Shown here piece after piece: positions 17,042-20,000 of a stretch of DNA of 20,000 bases. The translations under genes and the position numbers were made by a program. The notes under the pieces were generated by a model that worked only from the letters and a program-made list of their open reading frames with translations, made no database searches and was not told where the DNA came from. The DNA lies in the IMG/VR virus record IMGVR_UViG_3300006120_000016. The stretch is one strand, 5' to 3'. Source of the DNA: an uncultured virus (IMG/VR IMGVR_UViG_3300006120_000016). Taxonomy: Duplodnaviria; Heunggongvirae; Uroviricota; Caudoviricetes. Within the stretch, counting starts at the first letter, position 1; each line of letters begins with the position of its first letter.

Positions 17042-17227
17042 ATGACTTTTGCAGAATGGTTCAACGAAATTGAATTGTATAGTCTTCGTGGCGAAAGATT
17101 TTACGATGATCTTTATACCTACAAAATGGATGGTATTGATGCTGAACACATAATAAACTGGCTCAAGGCTGCATACGAAGTTGGATATGAACATGCTATG
17201 GGAAACTTGTTGGATGATGGTAAGTAA
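17042..17227 (+). CDS. Small hypothetical protein (61 aa)
   Basis: AGGA SD; TAATG coupling to gp46; FAEWFNEIE.YSLRGERFY...WLKAAYEVG pattern. Confidence 0.75.
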   Translation: MTFAEWFNEIELYSLRGERFYDDLYTYKMDGIDAEHIINWLKAAYEVGYEHAMGNLLDDGK

Positions 17228-18939
17228 TGCTGTTCTTTAGAAAACTTCGTTGGAAAAATCTCCTTAGTACCGGCAACACATTTACAGAGATTGAACTGGA
17301 TAATTCTCCTACGACTCTGATCATTGGTCAGAATGGCTCAGGTAAGTCAACATTTCTAGATGCACTCTCTTATGTTCTGTTTGGAAAGCCATTCCGAAAA
17401 ATCAATCGACCTCAACTTCTGAACTCCATAAATCAGAAGAACCTCATGGTTGAGGTTGAGTTCCAGATTGGAACCAAAGAATATCTCATCAAGCGTGGCA
17501 TGAAGCCAAATGTGTTTGAGATTTGGCAAGACGGAACTCTTCTAAATCAAGATGCTGCGGCTAGAGACTATCAGGATGTTCTAGAAAAAACCATTCTGAA
17601 ACTGAACCACAAGAGTTTCTGTCAGATTATCATTCTGGGTTCTTCGACCTTTGTTCCTTTTATGCAACTACCAACAGGTCAGCGCAGAGAGATTATTGAG
17701 GACCTTCTTGATATTCAGATTTTCTCCAGAATGAATATTCTTCTGAAAGATCGTATTTCACAGAACAAGAACGACATTCAAGAAGTAAAATACCAGATCG
17801 ATTTGATCAAGGAAAAGATTACTCTACACCGAAATCTAATCAAGAAACTTCAGAAGAATAATGATCAACAAATCGACGATCTGCAAAACAAGATTTTTGC
17901 TGCACAAGAAAAGATCAATGATTATGAGGCTCTCATTCAAGAAAAGACGACAGAGGAGATTGCTCTTCGCGATTCTATTTCCGATCAGGAATCAAATAAT
18001 AAGAAGCGAGAGACAGCAGCTTCTCTCATCAAGAGCCTAAGAGAAAAGATCAAAAAGATAAATGCTGAGATTGCTTTCTATCATGACAATGATAACTGTC
18101 CTACTTGCAAGCAAGGCATTGAACACACATTCAAGGACGAGACGATTGAAGGCAAGCGCAAGTCTCTTCGCGAAACGGAAGAGGGACTGAAAACTCTAGA
18201 GGCACAGTTTGTAGATATTGATAAGAGGTCTATAGAAATCGGTGCTATTGTGTTGGATATTGCAGCGATACAACGAAAGATTTCTGAGTATAATGGTCAT
18301 ATCTCTAGCGGATATACATATATAAAGGATACAACGAAAGAAATTGAAGACCTCAAGGTCAAGAATGTTGAAGATACCAATGAAACAAATGTCATCGAAT
18401 CTCTCAAGAAAGAATATATTGAGAAGGAAAAGTTCAGAGAAGAACTATTCAAAGACAAGGGAGTTTTGGATGTCGCTGCTGTTCTGTTGAAGGATGGTGG
18501 CATCAAAGCAAAGATCATCAAGCAGTATGTTCCTGTCATCAATAAACTGATCAATAAATATCTAGCTATCATGGAACTACCGATCAGTTTTGAGTTGGAT
18601 GAGAACTTCAACGAGACTATCAAATCAAGGTTCCGAGACACTTTCTCATACGAATCATTCTCAGAGGGCGAGAAAAAGCGAGTCGATCTTTCCATTCTAT
18701 TTGCTTGGAGAGCCATCGCTAAGATGAGAAACAGTGCAAATTCAAATATTTTGGTTCTTGATGAAATAATGGATGGTGCGATGGACGGCACAGGTATGGA
18801 ACAACTAGATATAATAATTCGAACAATCTGTGCTGATACAAATGTGTTCATCATTTCACATAGAGAGAATCTGATAGATAAGTTCAGTAATATAATAAAG
18901 TTTGAAAAGGTAAAAGATTTTTCACGAATCTCAGCATAA
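17227..18939 (+). CDS. gp46: Recombination endonuclease ATPase subunit (Rad50/SbcC-like)
   Basis: WKNLLSTGN, Walker A GQNGSGKST, zinc hook CPTCKQ, signature FSEGEKKR, Walker B LVLDE and ISH. Confidence 0.97.
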   Translation: MLFFRKLRWKNLLSTGNTFTEIELDNSPTTLIIGQNGSGKSTFLDALSYVLFGKPFRKINRPQLLNSINQKNLMVEVEFQIGTKEYLIKRGMKPNVFEIWQDGTLLNQDAAARDYQDVLEKTILKLNHKSFCQIIILGSSTFVPFMQLPTGQRREIIEDLLDIQIFSRMNILLKDRISQNKNDIQEVKYQIDLIKEKITLHRNLIKKLQKNNDQQIDDLQNKIFAAQEKINDYEALIQEKTTEEIALRDSISDQESNNKKRETAASLIKSLREKIKKINAEIAFYHDNDNCPTCKQGIEHTFKDETIEGKRKSLRETEEGLKTLEAQFVDIDKRSIEIGAIVLDIAAIQRKISEYNGHISSGYTYIKDTTKEIEDLKVKNVEDTNETNVIESLKKEYIEKEKFREELFKDKGVLDVAAVLLKDGGIKAKIIKQYVPVINKLINKYLAIMELPISFELDENFNETIKSRFRDTFSYESFSEGEKKRVDLSILFAWRAIAKMRNSANSNILVLDEIMDGAMDGTGMEQLDIIIRTICADTNVFIISHRENLIDKFSNIIKFEKVKDFSRISA

Positions 18940-18948
18940 GGAATAATA

Positions 18949-19326
18949 ATGACAAATTTTGAAAAAGTTAAGCATTTTATGAAGACATTTGGACAAGAAT
19001 GTCAAGATCAGCCAAAATTTCCCTCTAAGGATGTAGTGGCCCTTCGTTATGAACTAATTCGAGAAGAACTTGAAGAATTGAAGGATGCAATTAAAGATCA
19101 TGATATTGTAGGAGTTGCCGATGGATTGACCGATATTCTTTATGTAACTTATGGAGCGGGTCTGGCATTTGGTATTGATCTTGATGCATGTTTTGCTGAA
19201 GTTCAAAGATCGAATATGACCAAACTTGGTTCTGACGGCAATCCGGTCTATCGCGAAGATGGTAAGATTAAGAAAGGTCCAAATTATGAAAAGCCAAATC
19301 TTAAGCTAATTCTAGGGGTAATCTGA
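18949..19326 (+). CDS. MazG-like / PRA-PH family NTP pyrophosphohydrolase
   Basis: LIREELEEL...VADGLTDILYVTYG...EVQRSNMTKL...REDGKIKKGPNY. Confidence 0.9.
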   Translation: MTNFEKVKHFMKTFGQECQDQPKFPSKDVVALRYELIREELEELKDAIKDHDIVGVADGLTDILYVTYGAGLAFGIDLDACFAEVQRSNMTKLGSDGNPVYREDGKIKKGPNYEKPNLKLILGVI

Positions 19327-19805
19327 TGCAACTTGTTGATGGTAATGATCCAATTCTAAAGCAGCCTTGTGAAAAATATAATTTCATCAATCCACAGACT
19401 GATCTTGTAGAACTTGTTGACAATATGGTTCGAGTGATGTATGATAATTATGGACTAGGAATATCTGCCAATCAGATTGGGGTTCCACTTCAGATTTTTG
19501 TTATGGCGGCAGAGAAGCCGGTTCTAGTGATCAACCCTAAGATTCTAGAATCATCACCAGAATTGGTTGAATTGGAAGAAGGGTGTGTTTCATATCCAAA
19601 ACACTTTCTAAAGATCAAAAGGCCAATGTGGGTTAAAGTTCGGTATAATTTAGGATCTGGTCAGGCACAAACATTTAGATATGAAGGCATTTCTGCCAGA
19701 GTTTTTCAGCACCAGTATGATCTTTTAAATGGTAAAACTATGTGGGATAATGTTTCAAAATTGAAGAGGGATATGCTTCTGAAAAAGATGGAGAAGATGA
19801 AGTGA
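19326..19805 (+). CDS. def: Peptide deformylase homologue with a degenerate metal-binding motif
   Basis: DPILKQ, motif 1 GLGISANQIG, INPKI and motif 2 EEGCVS; motif 3 reads QHQYDLLNG instead of QHExDHLxG. Confidence 0.88.
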   Translation: MQLVDGNDPILKQPCEKYNFINPQTDLVELVDNMVRVMYDNYGLGISANQIGVPLQIFVMAAEKPVLVINPKILESSPELVELEEGCVSYPKHFLKIKRPMWVKVRYNLGSGQAQTFRYEGISARVFQHQYDLLNGKTMWDNVSKLKRDMLLKKMEKMK

Positions 19806-20000
19806 GTGCTTACAAATATTATGAGGAAAATGATGATAGGGAGGAGAAGATGAATCACCACAATACAGTCGGTTTTGACAATGAGCAAACAAAGAAATGT
19901 ATTCAAGATCTCAATAAGAGATTATTTGACAAGATGGAACGTAGCACACAGGCGGGTTCAGAATCCCATTCTAAAATCAACTATAAATACAACGAGGATA
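19802..20000 (+). CDS. Hypothetical protein, 5' part (start GTG 19802 or ATG 19850; runs off the window)
   Basis: Open frame to the window end (...SKINYKYNED); GTGA overlap with def; GGAGG SD before ATG 19850. Confidence 0.65.
   Translation, partial: MSAYKYYEENDDREEKMNHHNTVGFDNEQTKKCIQDLNKRLFDKMERSTQAGSESHSKINYKYNED

Noticed and set aside
18297..18854. 185-aa minus-strand ORF, and the other short overlapping ORFs in the track
   Set aside because: They lie antisense or out of frame within well-supported conserved genes.
19982..19989. TATAAATA late promoter
   Set aside because: It lies within an open frame encoding Tyr-Lys-Tyr, and the downstream context is outside the window.
1..20000. tRNA, rRNA, CRISPR array or stop-codon reassignment
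   Set aside because: Intergenic gaps are short and show no cloverleaf or repeat-spacer pattern; genes read normally in the standard bacterial code.

Overview
Core region of a T4-like (Tevenvirinae-type synteny) myovirus, almost entirely on the + strand: gp18 sheath (3' part), gp19 tube, gp20 portal, gp67-like core protein, two head-region hypotheticals, gp21 protease, gp22 scaffold, gp23 capsid, gp3, uvsY, uvsW, gp55, gp47, gp46, a MazG-like pyrophosphatase and a peptide deformylase-like gene, with T4 late promoters (TATAAATA). Three mobile endonuclease elements sit in or beside core genes: a 394-aa HNH intein in the portal, an antisense Vsr/PD-(D/E)xK endonuclease with its own sigma70 promoter after gp23, and a free-standing HNH gene that fractures uvsW. 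The most unusual locus is uvsW. Its N-half ends in a 50-aa tail resembling half an intein (Hint) fold without the splicing residues. Its C-half begins with a short IntC-like strand and carries a 7-nt frame-breaking insertion next to a 10-bp hairpin. The deformylase has lost its HExxH motif (HQYDL). All family assignments come from recognising motifs by eye; no searches were run.
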